A stretch of 64,000 bases of DNA from Calditrichaceae bacterium (GCA_050173015.1 JBFXLE010000008.1:105036-169035), one strand, 5' to 3'; shown: positions 19,412 through 30,286, counted from the stretch's first letter. Numbers and translations: made by a program. The notes: a model not told the origin generated them from the sequence alone.

Positions 19412-21268
19412 TTAAGACGCGCTGCTCTCCACTAAATTTCTTGCTTTCAAAAGAATGTCAGCGGCGGTTTTTCCATATAATTTCAAACGTTCCGCATGAT
19501 CATCGCGTGGTTCATTGCTTACCAATTCATAATAATAACGGAACTTGGGCTCCGTCCCCGAGGGTCTCAACAAAATCCAGCTCTTATCTTCAAAGATTAT
19601 TTTTAAGCCGTCGATGGTATTAATTTCCACAATCTTTTTGTTTTCATTCCCGATGCTAATTTCATCCCCGAATTTATAAAGTCCGCTCATCAGAACATTG
19701 ACAACATCGACCTTATATTTTTGCCAGGCTTCAACACTGACTCCCTTCACATCTTCTCCGCCTCTTTCAGGGTAAAAATATCCGTATTTTTTACACAGGC
19801 TGTTATACCGCTCCGAAAGATTTTCTCCGGTGGATGCCATCACATCCAGCGCCGCCAGGAACCCCGCCAAAGCGCATTTTTCTAATGTATGCCCCTTAAA
19901 AGTAATACCGTCCGACTCTTCAAATGCCATCGCCACATCACCGCCGGCAAGCGCGGCGCGAAAATTTTTAAATCCGACGGGAGTTTCATAAAACGGAAAT
20001 TGGTTTGCGCGGGCGATTTCCGGTGCAAATCCTGACGAAGGCACACTGGTTACAATGCCGCCTTTGATACCTTTATTGATGATATTCTCAAAAGCAATGG
20101 CGGCAAAACGGTTCATATCAATGTCCATTTCCGCGTCGTTAAAACGAATCCTGTCCGCATCCGGATCCATCGCCACGGCCAGCGTCAGTTTTCTTCCCGA
20201 TGAATTCAGTTTATCCATCAGCGGTCTTTGATTGGCGGCGCTCGGCTCCGGTTTCACCCCATGAAACGAATAATCTTCATCGGTATGTATAAATTCGATT
20301 GACCGCGTCTTTTCCAGTTCGCTTATAAGATCCTCACCGAGAAGAGACTGCACATATCCTCTTGATGAACCATGCATATTATCGACGAGAATAAAAAGAT
20401 CGTTTTTTGATTTTTTCAGCCAGGAGCGAATTTTTTTCAGATCAAACGCGATACTCTTCTCTTCCACAAATTTTCTGAAAACCTCCTTACCATCAATATC
20501 TATGCGTAATTCCTTAAAATCACTCATCGCCGGGACAAAATCTGAACCGGTTTTCATATAAAAATTTGATTTCTCTTCGATAATCGATGTCAGATTTTTG
20601 TCAGCCGGCCCGCCATCACCGGGATTAAATTTAACACCCGCGTATTCCATCGGATTATGCGAGGGGGTAAAGTTAATCGATCCGGCCGCTTTCAATTCTT
20701 TAAGTATCGCCGACCCCACGCCCGTCGGACATTCGCCTACGAAATATATCCTGATTTTTTCTGAAGCCAGTTCACGCATGGCGGCATCCAGAAACCGATC
20801 TCCCATAAACCGGTTATCCCGCAGAAGGAGAATCCCTGCTTTCCTGACATCATCAAAATCCGTGTACCCGTTTGTCTTCAAAAATTCATCGCTTTTCATC
20901 ATTTCAATGATACCGCGAACCACTTTATGCGCATTTTCGATTGTAAAGTCTTCTCCAATGAGACCACGCCATCCCGATGTGCCAAAGACAACAGGAGCCG
21001 GATCTTTCGATTCGACGGCCCTCTGCCCCTGAAAGACTCTGATATGATCGATAATCTCCCTGCATTTTTTACGGATATCATTTCCAACGGAGGCTCCGTT
21101 GTAGAAATTACCCAAAATATTCGCCGCCTCCCAGAGATTGGGTTCCCGATCCTGAGACGGGTTAAGATAACCATCTAATTTGCTGATAATTTCAGGTGGA
21201 AGTGAATTTAAATTATCTGTGATAGTATTTTGCAATGCACCTGCAAAAGCCGTCTTGCTTATGGTCAT
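19412..21268 (-). CDS. Phosphoglucomutase/phosphomannomutase family protein
   Basis: FGTSGWRG, TPSHNP, DPDADR, FEES, RPSGTEP. Confidence 0.92.
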   Translation of the reverse strand: MTISKTAFAGALQNTITDNLNSLPPEIISKLDGYLNPSQDREPNLWEAANILGNFYNGASVGNDIRKKCREIIDHIRVFQGQRAVESKDPAPVVFGTSGWRGLIGEDFTIENAHKVVRGIIEMMKSDEFLKTNGYTDFDDVRKAGILLLRDNRFMGDRFLDAAMRELASEKIRIYFVGECPTGVGSAILKELKAAGSINFTPSHNPMEYAGVKFNPGDGGPADKNLTSIIEEKSNFYMKTGSDFVPAMSDFKELRIDIDGKEVFRKFVEEKSIAFDLKKIRSWLKKSKNDLFILVDNMHGSSRGYVQSLLGEDLISELEKTRSIEFIHTDEDYSFHGVKPEPSAANQRPLMDKLNSSGRKLTLAVAMDPDADRIRFNDAEMDIDMNRFAAIAFENIINKGIKGGIVTSVPSSGFAPEIARANQFPFYETPVGFKNFRAALAGGDVAMAFEESDGITFKGHTLEKCALAGFLAALDVMASTGENLSERYNSLCKKYGYFYPERGGEDVKGVSVEAWQKYKVDVVNVLMSGLYKFGDEISIGNENKKIVEINTIDGLKIIFEDKSWILLRPSGTEPKFRYYYELVSNEPRDDHAERLKLYGKTAADILLKARNLVESSAS

Positions 21269-21283
21269 TATGATGTATCTCCT

Positions 21284-21664
21284 CTATTCAACTCCGTTTG
21301 TTTCCTCACGCAGTGCCGGGCGAACATTAATTTTTTTTGCCTGGCGAATTGTTACGGATCCGGGTTTGGCTCCCCTGGGCTTACTTACCTGTTTGACAAA
21401 GCAATAATGTACCGGGACACTCCCGCCTTCCCTCATTTTTGAAAACCAGGCGGCCAGCTCTGCAGCTTCTTTGATACTCTGTTTGTCCGGCACTACAGAA
21501 ACATCACCGCAGCGAAGAACAACATGACTACCCGGCGCGCCATTGACATGAAACCATAAATCATTGGCATGACCGGTTCTGAACGTTAACTGATCATTGC
21601 TGTAATCATCCTGTCCTACGAGAATCTCCAGGTCTGAACTGCTTAAAAACCGTTTTACCTTCAT
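21284..21664 (-). CDS. NFACT RNA-binding domain protein (DUF814), standalone
   Basis: VG...NDQLT, DLWFH, PGSHV, AAWFS, KPRGAKPG. Confidence 0.88.
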   Translation of the reverse strand: MKVKRFLSSSDLEILVGQDDYSNDQLTFRTGHANDLWFHVNGAPGSHVVLRCGDVSVVPDKQSIKEAAELAAWFSKMREGGSVPVHYCFVKQVSKPRGAKPGSVTIRQAKKINVRPALREETNGVE

Positions 21665-21742
21665 ACTTACTAATATCTTGTTTAGTTCTGCCCTAATATA
21701 AATTTACAGAATGAATCTTCAAAGTTTTTTAGCTGAGCCGGT

Positions 21743-23140
21743 TTATATTTGGATCATTTCTTCCCTTTCCGGGAAATAAACCGAAGGATAGCCTAAGTCT
21801 GAAATCGCTGCTTTCAATGGTAAGGCCTGATCTTCTTCACCATGCACAAGAAAGATTTGTGTTAATTTTTCCGGTTTGTGAAACTTCACATACTCCAACA
21901 ATTCCTGACGATCCGCGTGTCCGCTAAAATCATCCATTTTTTTGACCTTGCATAACACCTTGTGTTTTTCACCAAAAATACTCACTTCTTCATCACCGTC
22001 CATCATTTTCCGGGCAAGAGTATGCGCCGCCGCGTAACCAACAAACAACACCAGATTTTTGGGATTCTCTATATTATTTCTTAAATGATGCAGTATCCGG
22101 CCCCCTTCTGCCATTCCTGAAGCGGATATGATGATGTGCGGAGTCTTCAGATCGTTTAGTTCTTTGGATTTTGCCGCCTCGCGGATGTATTTCAATCTAC
22201 CGAATCCGAACGGATTATCATCTTCAGACAGAAACAATCGATGAGTTTCCCTGTCGAGACATTCCGGATGCAATCTGAATACTTCAGTCGCGTTGCAGGC
22301 CATGGGGCTATCCACAAAAATGGGTATATCGGGAATCCTGGCCTGATCAAAAAGTTTATGAAGCATGTAAACCAGGACCTGAGTTCTTCCGACGGCAAAG
22401 GCGGGAATAATAATTTTTCCGCCATCTTTTACAACTTCCCGGATGGTTTGGGCCAGCTCTTCTTCAACATCATCCGAAGGAGTGTGCAGACGATTGCCAT
22501 AAGTACTCTCCATTAAAAGAACATCAAGATCGCGAAGATAATTCGGGTCATGCAGCACCGGCATATCTTTACGGCCGATATCACCGCTGAATCCAAACCG
22601 GATTGACCTTCCGTTTTCTGATATTTCCAACAGAATACCCGCCGAACCCAAAATATGTCCGGCGTCCCTGAAAGTCGCTTTCACGCCCGGAGCCACCTCA
22701 ATCGGATGATCATAATGAATTCCCACAAAATGTTTCAGCGCGGTCTCGGCGTCATCAATCGTATAGATCGGTTCAATGGGGGGCTGATTTTTACGTTTAC
22801 GTTTCTTATTTACCCATTCCACATCCTTCTCCTGCAGATAAGCGGAATCACGAAGCATGATCTGACACAAATCCGCGGTCGCGGAAGTGGCGTATATTTG
22901 TCCTTTAAATCCGTTTCTTATCAGGTTCGGAATGTTGCCGCTATGATCGATATGGGCATGCGACAACAGCATTACATCAACTTCAGACGGATTAAACAAA
23001 AAATTCTTATTCCGATCATAGGTTTCACTGCGGCGTCCCTGGAACATACCGCATTCCAAAAGAATTTTTTTACCATTAATCGATAATAAATACTGTGACC
23101 CTGTGACGGTTTGCGCGCCGCCAAAAAATTGAATTTTCAT
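21743..23140 (-). CDS. MBL-fold beta-CASP ribonuclease-like hydrolase
   Basis: VTGS, SHAHIDHSG, AGHILGS, ESTYG, PAFAVGR, SASGM, FSGHAD. Confidence 0.92.
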   Translation of the reverse strand: MKIQFFGGAQTVTGSQYLLSINGKKILLECGMFQGRRSETYDRNKNFLFNPSEVDVMLLSHAHIDHSGNIPNLIRNGFKGQIYATSATADLCQIMLRDSAYLQEKDVEWVNKKRKRKNQPPIEPIYTIDDAETALKHFVGIHYDHPIEVAPGVKATFRDAGHILGSAGILLEISENGRSIRFGFSGDIGRKDMPVLHDPNYLRDLDVLLMESTYGNRLHTPSDDVEEELAQTIREVVKDGGKIIIPAFAVGRTQVLVYMLHKLFDQARIPDIPIFVDSPMACNATEVFRLHPECLDRETHRLFLSEDDNPFGFGRLKYIREAAKSKELNDLKTPHIIISASGMAEGGRILHHLRNNIENPKNLVLFVGYAAAHTLARKMMDGDEEVSIFGEKHKVLCKVKKMDDFSGHADRQELLEYVKFHKPEKLTQIFLVHGEEDQALPLKAAISDLGYPSVYFPEREEMIQI

Positions 23141-23226
23141 TTTCCGTTCCCCTGTTACTGGACGACTATCAGATTTTCAGTGAAATAACATCTTCTTTTA
23201 TTTTATTCCTGCTGGATTACCACCCG

Positions 23227-23922
23227 CTATAATTTTGTCAATCCGCCGAATCTAATCCATTCAAAGCACTTTTCAAGTGAACCCTGCAGCTCTCCGCGAT
23301 CGTTACCTATCCAATAATTATGCAGACCGGCTTCTTTTGCCGGCTCTATATCATTCTGCAGATCATTGCCAATCATGATCGCTTCTTCTGGTTCCACATC
23401 AAGTTTATTCAGAATTTCCTGATAATATTTGGGATCAGGCTTACAAAAATGAGAATTTTCATAGGTGGTAATGAGCGAGAAAGAAAAGTCAGACAGGCCC
23501 GCCCAGTCTATCCTGTGTTCAATGGCCCGGGCGGGAAAAAGCGGATTTGTCGCGATAACCACCTGGCATCCCCATTTAAAGAGCTCACTGACAAAATCTC
23601 GCGCGATGGGAATCGGTCTGGTATATTTTTTCAGCATCGGAAACTGTTCATCATAAAAGGAATCGATTACCGGCCGAACGACCGAAGCCGGATGGCTGAG
23701 ACGGGGATAGAAATAGTCGTCAAAAACTTCTTTATTGGTTTTGGAAGAATCCCCGTTTTGAATCATCTCTTTTGTACCTTCCAGGACCAGATTAATCATA
23801 TCGTCAGGCGGAAGGTACTCATTCATCTTACGGCTTAACGCTTCAAAATAGACCGGAATGAATCGGTCCATATTTGTATCAAGCAGCGTATCATCAAGAT
23901 CAAGCAATACGGCTCGGATCAC
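23227..23922 (-). CDS. HAD-family hydrolase
   Basis: DLDDTLL, ATNP, KP, IGND. Confidence 0.9.
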   Translation of the reverse strand: MIRAVLLDLDDTLLDTNMDRFIPVYFEALSRKMNEYLPPDDMINLVLEGTKEMIQNGDSSKTNKEVFDDYFYPRLSHPASVVRPVIDSFYDEQFPMLKKYTRPIPIARDFVSELFKWGCQVVIATNPLFPARAIEHRIDWAGLSDFSFSLITTYENSHFCKPDPKYYQEILNKLDVEPEEAIMIGNDLQNDIEPAKEAGLHNYWIGNDRGELQGSLEKCFEWIRFGGLTKL

Positions 23923-24095
23923 CAGGAAACTCCTTTCCGGTTAATTCCAATGTATATTGAAAACAGAATTTAAGAAAATCAAACGTCTTTATCTAAAACA
24001 AAAAAAGATTCCTGATTGGAAATCTGATCATTTTTATAAAATTGATGGAAATTCACAGCGAAAAAAGAGATAGCGGGCTTACCGGAAGAGGGTAG

Positions 24096-25106
24096 TCAGA
24101 TGATCGTCCAGCCATATTTAATCAGAGCAATCAGAAAAGTGTAGGCTATAAAGCAGAATAAACTTGTTTTAATAAAGCGGATTTTCATCATTCCGGCTAT
24201 ATCAGAAATACTATTATTTTTCGAAAAGAACACCATTAAACCGGCGGACATCCCCGTCAAACCGCCGGTGAAAAGTAATCCATAAAGAAGGTAACCCACA
24301 TGTAGGTAATTTGCCCAAAGCATATCAAAGGGACAGTGATGCGAAGGCATCGCGTAAATGTATTTTGAAAAATGAACGATAAGCGCGTCCAACGCGGCGA
24401 TAAACAAGAGTGGTGAAAGCAGACCCGTCACATAACCGGTTCGCTGAAGAAGTTTGGTCTGCCGCTTTTTCAAGCCAAGCACAGCGAGTATGACATAGAA
24501 AATCAGCAATCCGTAAAAAAGATATACTTTTACTGATTCATTATCGCTGCTGTCAAAAGAATTTTGTGACATCGGGTTGTCACTGAATGAAATACTGCAG
24601 CAGGTAGTGATGATATTTGGATTAATATTAAGATAGTACTGAACTTCCGAATAAATTTGTATAAATATAAACGGGATCAGTACCAGCAGCAGATAAAATT
24701 TTTGACGGGTGAGTGGAAATTCAGGGATCTTCTGATCAAGATTATTTATAACAAGCCATAACCCGTAAATAAAAAATCCGCCTATCTTGAGGTAAAGCGT
24801 CATCCAACCAAAACTATTTGTATTTAAAGCGCCCGTTCCGCACATGGCGCCCTTGATCAGCGCCGGGAAATGATCATTTACGGTCACGACAAAAAGCAGG
24901 AGCGAGATCATCTGAAACCCGAACACATAATTCATCACGGTCGATACAAGATGTGTTTTTCTTTCCAGCAGAAGCTGTTCATCCGTCGATGACTGAATAT
25001 CCCATTTTCGGGCGATCTGAACTCCGATGCCGACCGCATAGACGGAGAACACAAGCACAAAGATATCTCCGATCAGCATTACGATGACCCACAGATCGGT
25101 CAGCAT
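24096..25106 (-). CDS. Polytopic membrane protein with Cys/His motifs, function unknown
   Basis: About 8 hydrophobic segments; GAMCGTG, TTCCS, SHHCPF; start abuts the stop of the ABC ATPase. Confidence 0.8.
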   Translation of the reverse strand: MLTDLWVIVMLIGDIFVLVFSVYAVGIGVQIARKWDIQSSTDEQLLLERKTHLVSTVMNYVFGFQMISLLLFVVTVNDHFPALIKGAMCGTGALNTNSFGWMTLYLKIGGFFIYGLWLVINNLDQKIPEFPLTRQKFYLLLVLIPFIFIQIYSEVQYYLNINPNIITTCCSISFSDNPMSQNSFDSSDNESVKVYLFYGLLIFYVILAVLGLKKRQTKLLQRTGYVTGLLSPLLFIAALDALIVHFSKYIYAMPSHHCPFDMLWANYLHVGYLLYGLLFTGGLTGMSAGLMVFFSKNNSISDIAGMMKIRFIKTSLFCFIAYTFLIALIKYGWTII

Positions 25107-25799
25107 CTATTCATGCTCCCCATCGACCAGGTGACCGTCCCTCATACAAATGATGCGGCCTATCAGATCCGATTCATACACAAGGGGATCATGAGTGGCA
25201 ATGATCTGCGTTTTACCCTGTTCTTTAAGATCCCGGAAAATATCCATAATCTGTCCGGATAATTTTGTGTCAAGATGAGCAGTCGGTTCGTCAGCCATGA
25301 TAATTTCCGGATCGGTAATCAATGCCCGGGCAATGGCCACGCGTTGAGCTTCGCCGCCGGAAAGTGTATCAATTTTAAAATTCAGCCGGTGAGAAATATC
25401 CAGACTTTCGGCGATCTTCATCGTCCTCCTGTTGAGTTCTCCGATATTTGGTCCCGAGGGAATCATTGGGATAATGATATTCTGCGCCGCCGTCAGTCCG
25501 CTGATCAGATTAAAATTTTGAAATATAAATCCAATATGTTGTCTTCTGAACAAGGTCAGGAATTTCTCTGTCCATTTTGAGACCCTGTTTCCGAGGATAA
25601 TCACATCACCCGAAGTCGGTTTGGCCATGCACCCCAGCACGGCCATTAAAGTTGTTTTGCCTGATCCGGAGGGACCCTTGAGCGCTATGACTTCTCCTTT
25701 TTTTATATTTAAGTCAACACTTCGAACAGCATCGACCTCATTGACTTTATCCTTATTAAAAGTTTTTGACAGTTTTTGAGTCACAATCATATCAGGCAT
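25107..25799 (-). CDS. ABC ATP-binding protein, LolD/MacB type
   Basis: GPSGSGKTT, IGFIFQNFNL, LSGGEAQRVAIARAL, ADEPT, ATHD. Confidence 0.92.
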   Translation of the reverse strand: MPDMIVTQKLSKTFNKDKVNEVDAVRSVDLNIKKGEVIALKGPSGSGKTTLMAVLGCMAKPTSGDVIILGNRVSKWTEKFLTLFRRQHIGFIFQNFNLISGLTAAQNIIIPMIPSGPNIGELNRRTMKIAESLDISHRLNFKIDTLSGGEAQRVAIARALITDPEIIMADEPTAHLDTKLSGQIMDIFRDLKEQGKTQIIATHDPLVYESDLIGRIICMRDGHLVDGEHE

Positions 25800-26955
25800 G
25801 CATCACCTCCGAAGGGTCAATGACCGCCGCTTTCCAGGATGGTATCATCGTCGCGGCGATATAAGGCACAACAGCAAGAACCAGAATCAGAAGCACACTG
25901 CCGATTTGCACGACCGGCAGCAGATTAAAATCGGGATAAATTACCGACCAGCCGACTAAAAACGGCTTTAACAAGGGCGCCTGAAATATAAAATCATGCG
26001 CATACGCGCCGATTAATCCAATAAGAGTCGCGGTTAGCGAAATGGATATACCTTCCCAGAATTTTAGTAAGAGTATATCCGATATTTCCCAGCCGACAGC
26101 CTTTAGTATTCCCAGTTCTTTTTTTGCTTCTGCTGAGATACCGGAGGCTCTTTGCCAGGCCAGAATCATATAGGCAAAAAGGGAAATCAGCAGTCCGAAC
26201 ATAAACAAGCCCCCTCGATACCCAAACAAAGCTTCGTAGGTTGATTTTATTTCCGATTTTGTAACAACTCTCACGGAAGCAAAACGGCGGTCAATTTTGC
26301 GGCTGATATTTTCTATTTCATCATCATTGAAAACATAGACGGAAAGATCGCTGTAATCTTTTTGTTTCAATCCGACAATCTTTCGCGCGTCTTCTATGGG
26401 AAGGATGATCAAATCCCTGGTCAGCAGATCCGATGGTGAGCTAAACCGGCCGGTTATCGTAAAATTATGCAGATTTTCATCCGTGTCAAAAAGGCTCAGG
26501 TTGTCCTGAAGTCTCAGGTAGTGCGTCTCCATAAAACCGGTTCCGCAAACCGCTATTCCCCGGTCACCGGGTTGAATTCCCTTTCCTTCCACTATGGTGA
26601 GATCTCCGGTAAGAGAATCAGCTCCGATTAAGGTAAACACTCCGCCGGTGGGTGAATCAAAATAATACCCCCAAACGCGCGGAACAACCGATTTAATACC
26701 TCGTATTTCGCTGATACTCTGCGCAAGACTGTCCGGTATTTCAACCATTCGGCCCGCTTTGATCTTCTGCACCGTAATATCGGGCGCGGTGCTAAGCACC
26801 TGCTGTGTTTCATATGACAGCGACTGGATAAAAAAGACAATGGAAGCGTAAGCAAATACAACCACCGAAAATATGGTGATAACTCCAAGATGCCATTTCC
26901 AGTTACGCCGCATTGATGTTAAAAAGAATGCCAGAATAAATAAATGCCGTCTCAT
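25792..26955 (-). CDS. ABC permease, FtsX/LolE/MacB type
   Basis: One TM, large periplasmic domain, then three TM; ELGILKAVGW, PSWKAAVIDP. Confidence 0.88.
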   Translation of the reverse strand: MRRHLFILAFFLTSMRRNWKWHLGVITIFSVVVFAYASIVFFIQSLSYETQQVLSTAPDITVQKIKAGRMVEIPDSLAQSISEIRGIKSVVPRVWGYYFDSPTGGVFTLIGADSLTGDLTIVEGKGIQPGDRGIAVCGTGFMETHYLRLQDNLSLFDTDENLHNFTITGRFSSPSDLLTRDLIILPIEDARKIVGLKQKDYSDLSVYVFNDDEIENISRKIDRRFASVRVVTKSEIKSTYEALFGYRGGLFMFGLLISLFAYMILAWQRASGISAEAKKELGILKAVGWEISDILLLKFWEGISISLTATLIGLIGAYAHDFIFQAPLLKPFLVGWSVIYPDFNLLPVVQIGSVLLILVLAVVPYIAATMIPSWKAAVIDPSEVMHA

Positions 26956-27320
26956 TTCTTATTCCCGTTGATTGGAATTTTGTTTTTAGTGACAACAGTT
27001 TGTGAAGATTGCATCATTTTTACCTGCGAAGGCGGCCAAAAAAACGTGGATGTCGGAAAATGATCCAAAAATCCGGGGATATCCTGAAAAGCCGCGGCCG
27101 GTTCCGGCAGAGCAATATGTCGGGTATGTCTTGATTCCGTTGTCACACACATATCGGTAAGATGCAGCAGCCTGACAATCTCAGCTTCCTCAACCAATCT
27201 CTGCTCATTCGATACTACCGCGCGACTGTGCAGAACGAGAATGGTGAAAATCACAATCAGCATAACCGTTAAAAAAGCATACATTTTCAGAATTATAAAA
27301 TCACGATCAAGACCGGTCAT
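26952..27320 (-). CDS. Small membrane-anchored hypothetical protein
   Basis: One TM followed by LTDMCVTTESRHTRH...DHFP; overlaps the permease start. Confidence 0.7.
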   Translation of the reverse strand: MTGLDRDFIILKMYAFLTVMLIVIFTILVLHSRAVVSNEQRLVEEAEIVRLLHLTDMCVTTESRHTRHIALPEPAAAFQDIPGFLDHFPTSTFFWPPSQVKMMQSSQTVVTKNKIPINGNKK

Positions 27321-27329
27321 TATCTACTC

Positions 27330-28184
27330 TCATTTGTCGCTAACCTTCTTCATGAATTCAATTATTTCAACGGATGTCAGTAACTTCCCACGGTGAATTT
27401 TGATAAATTCTTCAGCAATCATTTTTTCTTTAAATGCCAGTACGGGCATTTTTCCCGCGTTCAGAAGCACATTACTGTTTATTACAAACCATGCTTTTTC
27501 CATTCCGAAGGGAAAACCCGTTGTAAAATTTATGACCCTGATATTGCTTAAATTACCGCCGTCCATTTTAATCTTCGCGCATTTAAGACCACATGCGTTA
27601 ACGATCCCTTTATCCGTGATTATTTCCAGGCGTGAAAGTTGTTTTTCATATACGGGTTGCTCACAGTGGTAGCAAACCCCGATTTTTTCCCCGGGCTCAG
27701 GATAAAACACTCTTGAATAATCGTTCACACTGTTTTCTCTAGCCAGTTTTAGGATCGATTCCGTTCCGAAAATTGATCCGCCATGCTGACTGACAAAATA
27801 AACAGCCCTGTCTTGCCGGTCAAATACCATCACAGGAAATATAGCGTTCGCCGGATAATGATTTCCCCCAAGAACAAAAATCGCGTTTGCCGCGGAAATC
27901 ATCCGGCCCGAATAATATTCTTTTACATACATGTCAGCATACCGGTCTGAATTGTCGATAAGTTTTATCGCGCATGGCAGCGAGCAGGCATATTCCGGAT
28001 CCTTCCCCTTAAGAATCAAATCAACTTTGGTCATCATATTCTCATAAATATCTGCTCCGCAATTTATACATGTACTGATTTTTTTACCCAGATCAGGTTT
28101 GAAGAATTTATCAGCTTCCCCTGAAATGGCGCTTGCGGCCATGACAAACATCAGAAAAACGATATACCATTTCTTATATGACAT
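27330..28184 (-). CDS. Secreted protein with two tandem NosL-like metal-binding domains
   Basis: Signal peptide; repeats CINC...CSLPC and CYHC...CGLKC, each ending A..F...H.G. Confidence 0.8.
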   Translation of the reverse strand: MSYKKWYIVFLMFVMAASAISGEADKFFKPDLGKKISTCINCGADIYENMMTKVDLILKGKDPEYACSLPCAIKLIDNSDRYADMYVKEYYSGRMISAANAIFVLGGNHYPANAIFPVMVFDRQDRAVYFVSQHGGSIFGTESILKLARENSVNDYSRVFYPEPGEKIGVCYHCEQPVYEKQLSRLEIITDKGIVNACGLKCAKIKMDGGNLSNIRVINFTTGFPFGMEKAWFVINSNVLLNAGKMPVLAFKEKMIAEEFIKIHRGKLLTSVEIIEFMKKVSDK

Positions 28185-28989
28185 TGGTAACCTCCTGTGA
28201 ATGATATGAATTTACCGCGGCAGCAGCCGCTCCTATAGCCGTCGTAACCTGGGGCTGTCTGCATATTACCACCGGCCTCATCAGTTCATCTTCCAACGCC
28301 GCCAGCATACCTCTGTTCAAGGCGGCGCCGCCATCAAACAGGATGACATCTTCGACCTTTACCCTCCCCGCTAAACGGGCAATCCTTCTCGCTATGGAAT
28401 AATGGATGCCGGCCGCGATCTCGCTTTTGCTATGTCCCGCGGCCAGAAGAGAGATGATTTCTGATTCCGCGAAAACAGCGCATGTGCTGTTTATCGGCAA
28501 TGGCTGATCAGCGCTTTGAAAATGTAGTTCGGCAAATTCGGAAAGATCTACTTCCAGATTTCTTGCGGCCATTTCCAGAAACCGTCCCGTCCCGGCCGCG
28601 CATTTATCGTTCATTACAAAATTGCTCACATGACCATCAGGATCTAGTTCAATCACTTTGGCATCCTGTCCGCCAACATTTATAATCGTCCGTATATTAC
28701 CCGATTCACGGCATGTCAGAACCGAACCCATGGCGTTGGCTGTTATTTCATTGATTGATTCATCACTGTCCTTAAACAGCTTCCTTCCATAGCCCGTTGA
28801 GACCGTGTAAAGCAATTCATCCCTGTTCAGGTTGTTTTTATCCAGCAGCGTCTGCAGCCCGTCCGCCGCGTTTTTATTAAAGCTGCTGCCGGTAGGAGAT
28901 GTGCCGGTGGCAATTAATTGAAGTGAATCATCAAGCAGGGCAATTTTTATCGCGCTTGATCCGATATCAATTCCCGCGTAATAAGACAT
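28174..28989 (-). CDS. ATP-dependent [4Fe-4S] activator/reductase (HgdC/BcrA/DCCP-R, ASKHA family)
   Basis: GIDIGS, TGYGR, GGQDAK, MNDKCAAGTGRFLE, STCAVFAESE. Confidence 0.93.
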   Translation of the reverse strand: MSYYAGIDIGSSAIKIALLDDSLQLIATGTSPTGSSFNKNAADGLQTLLDKNNLNRDELLYTVSTGYGRKLFKDSDESINEITANAMGSVLTCRESGNIRTIINVGGQDAKVIELDPDGHVSNFVMNDKCAAGTGRFLEMAARNLEVDLSEFAELHFQSADQPLPINSTCAVFAESEIISLLAAGHSKSEIAAGIHYSIARRIARLAGRVKVEDVILFDGGAALNRGMLAALEDELMRPVVICRQPQVTTAIGAAAAAVNSYHSQEVTNVI

Positions 28990-30286
28990 TCTCTGTCTCC
29001 GAATGGTTTTTCCGTTTTTTCAATTTTATTGATTCGAGAAACGCTTCTATTCTAGTTGATAACTGTCCCGCGTCTTCAGGGCTGTAATCGGTTTCAATAT
29101 AAAGCATGGGTATTCCTTCATCGGAAAGCAGTCTGCCTGTTTTACGTGATTCCAGTTCATAGAGCTGACACCCCGCGAATGCCTGATAAATGACCCCGTC
29201 CACCGCAAACTGCCGGACATTGTCTAACAACTTCCGGAATCTGTCTGAATTCGGAGTGAAATTCGGACAGGTCCCCGGCTTAAGATAGCGGTCCGCGATC
29301 GCCGGAATCATATCATATAAATACCACTCATCCACGGCAACAGTGTCATAAAGCAAGCGCGTGGTCGAACAAAATTCTTCTGTAACCACAATTCCCCCCA
29401 GTTTTTCGATTAAAACGGGAAGTTTCATGTTTGGAAATATTGACGGCGATCCTGTCAGAAGAATTCGCGGAGCTCTTTCAGCGGCGACAGCGCGCCTTTC
29501 AATTTTTCTTGCCTCCATCTCATCATTCAGGCGGGATAAGGCCGCGGTCCATGACATGATATCATCAAAGAAAAAGGTGTTTGATATGAGTATGGCGTCT
29601 TTTCCGCCAATAACCGGCAACGTTTTGCGATTTTCATTGAACCTTCGGAACTGATTTTGCGCCTCAGCCACCATTTTTATGGAGTCGCGCAATCTGCTTC
29701 TCGTTATCCTTTGGCCGGTCACTTTTTCAAGCTTCAGAACCAGTTTTTTGACTGCCCCCTGCCAATAGAAACGGGCCTCTTCACTATCTTTTGTCGGCGG
29801 TACTTCGAGAGTGTAAAATTCGGCGTCAATGTCTTCGACGACTTCCGGGAGCTTCTTTTTTTGATCACAGGTTGTTGGATTTATAATCAGATCCGGCTTT
29901 ACATTTCGAGCGAATGTATTCGCGTATAGTGAGCCCAGAGTGGATTTAATCAATGGACATGTTTTGGCGGGAAGAAATTCGGCGCCTATGGTATCTGTCG
30001 CATAAGCCCCGGAACATATCCGAACCGGGATCGCTCCCGCCGCATAGATTAGTTCCAGCGGGACGTGAATACACATTGTCGCGATGACTTTTTTTCCGTT
30101 GGGATTAAATCCTGAACTATCGGAATACCATTTCAGCTTATCATAAAAATATTCCATCGCTTTCAGATTCTCCGGAAAATCATCCATGATCTCCCGAAGG
30201 CTCTTATTTGATTCCATACGAAGATGAACCGCCGCCGTTTTTTTGATGCGCTCTTTTCTGTTTAAAGTGTCGCTCATTTCTCCCAT
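28967..30286 (-). CDS. Double-cubane-cluster-type anaerobic reductase (2-hydroxyacyl-CoA dehydratase D-component family)
   Basis: MCIHVP, TCPLIKS, TTCDQKKK, PRILLTG, EEFC, TCPNFTPN, GCQLY, ETDYS.ED.GQL.TRIEAFLE match the recalled DCCP pattern; overlaps the activator gene. Confidence 0.85.
   Translation of the reverse strand: MGEMSDTLNRKERIKKTAAVHLRMESNKSLREIMDDFPENLKAMEYFYDKLKWYSDSSGFNPNGKKVIATMCIHVPLELIYAAGAIPVRICSGAYATDTIGAEFLPAKTCPLIKSTLGSLYANTFARNVKPDLIINPTTCDQKKKLPEVVEDIDAEFYTLEVPPTKDSEEARFYWQGAVKKLVLKLEKVTGQRITRSRLRDSIKMVAEAQNQFRRFNENRKTLPVIGGKDAILISNTFFFDDIMSWTAALSRLNDEMEARKIERRAVAAERAPRILLTGSPSIFPNMKLPVLIEKLGGIVVTEEFCSTTRLLYDTVAVDEWYLYDMIPAIADRYLKPGTCPNFTPNSDRFRKLLDNVRQFAVDGVIYQAFAGCQLYELESRKTGRLLSDEGIPMLYIETDYSPEDAGQLSTRIEAFLESIKLKKRKNHSETENVLLRGN

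Noticed and set aside
28967-30286. Calling this hgdA/hgdB or a benzoyl-CoA reductase subunit
   Set aside because: Single subunit with both three-Cys sets and no partner subunits or CoA-pathway genes.
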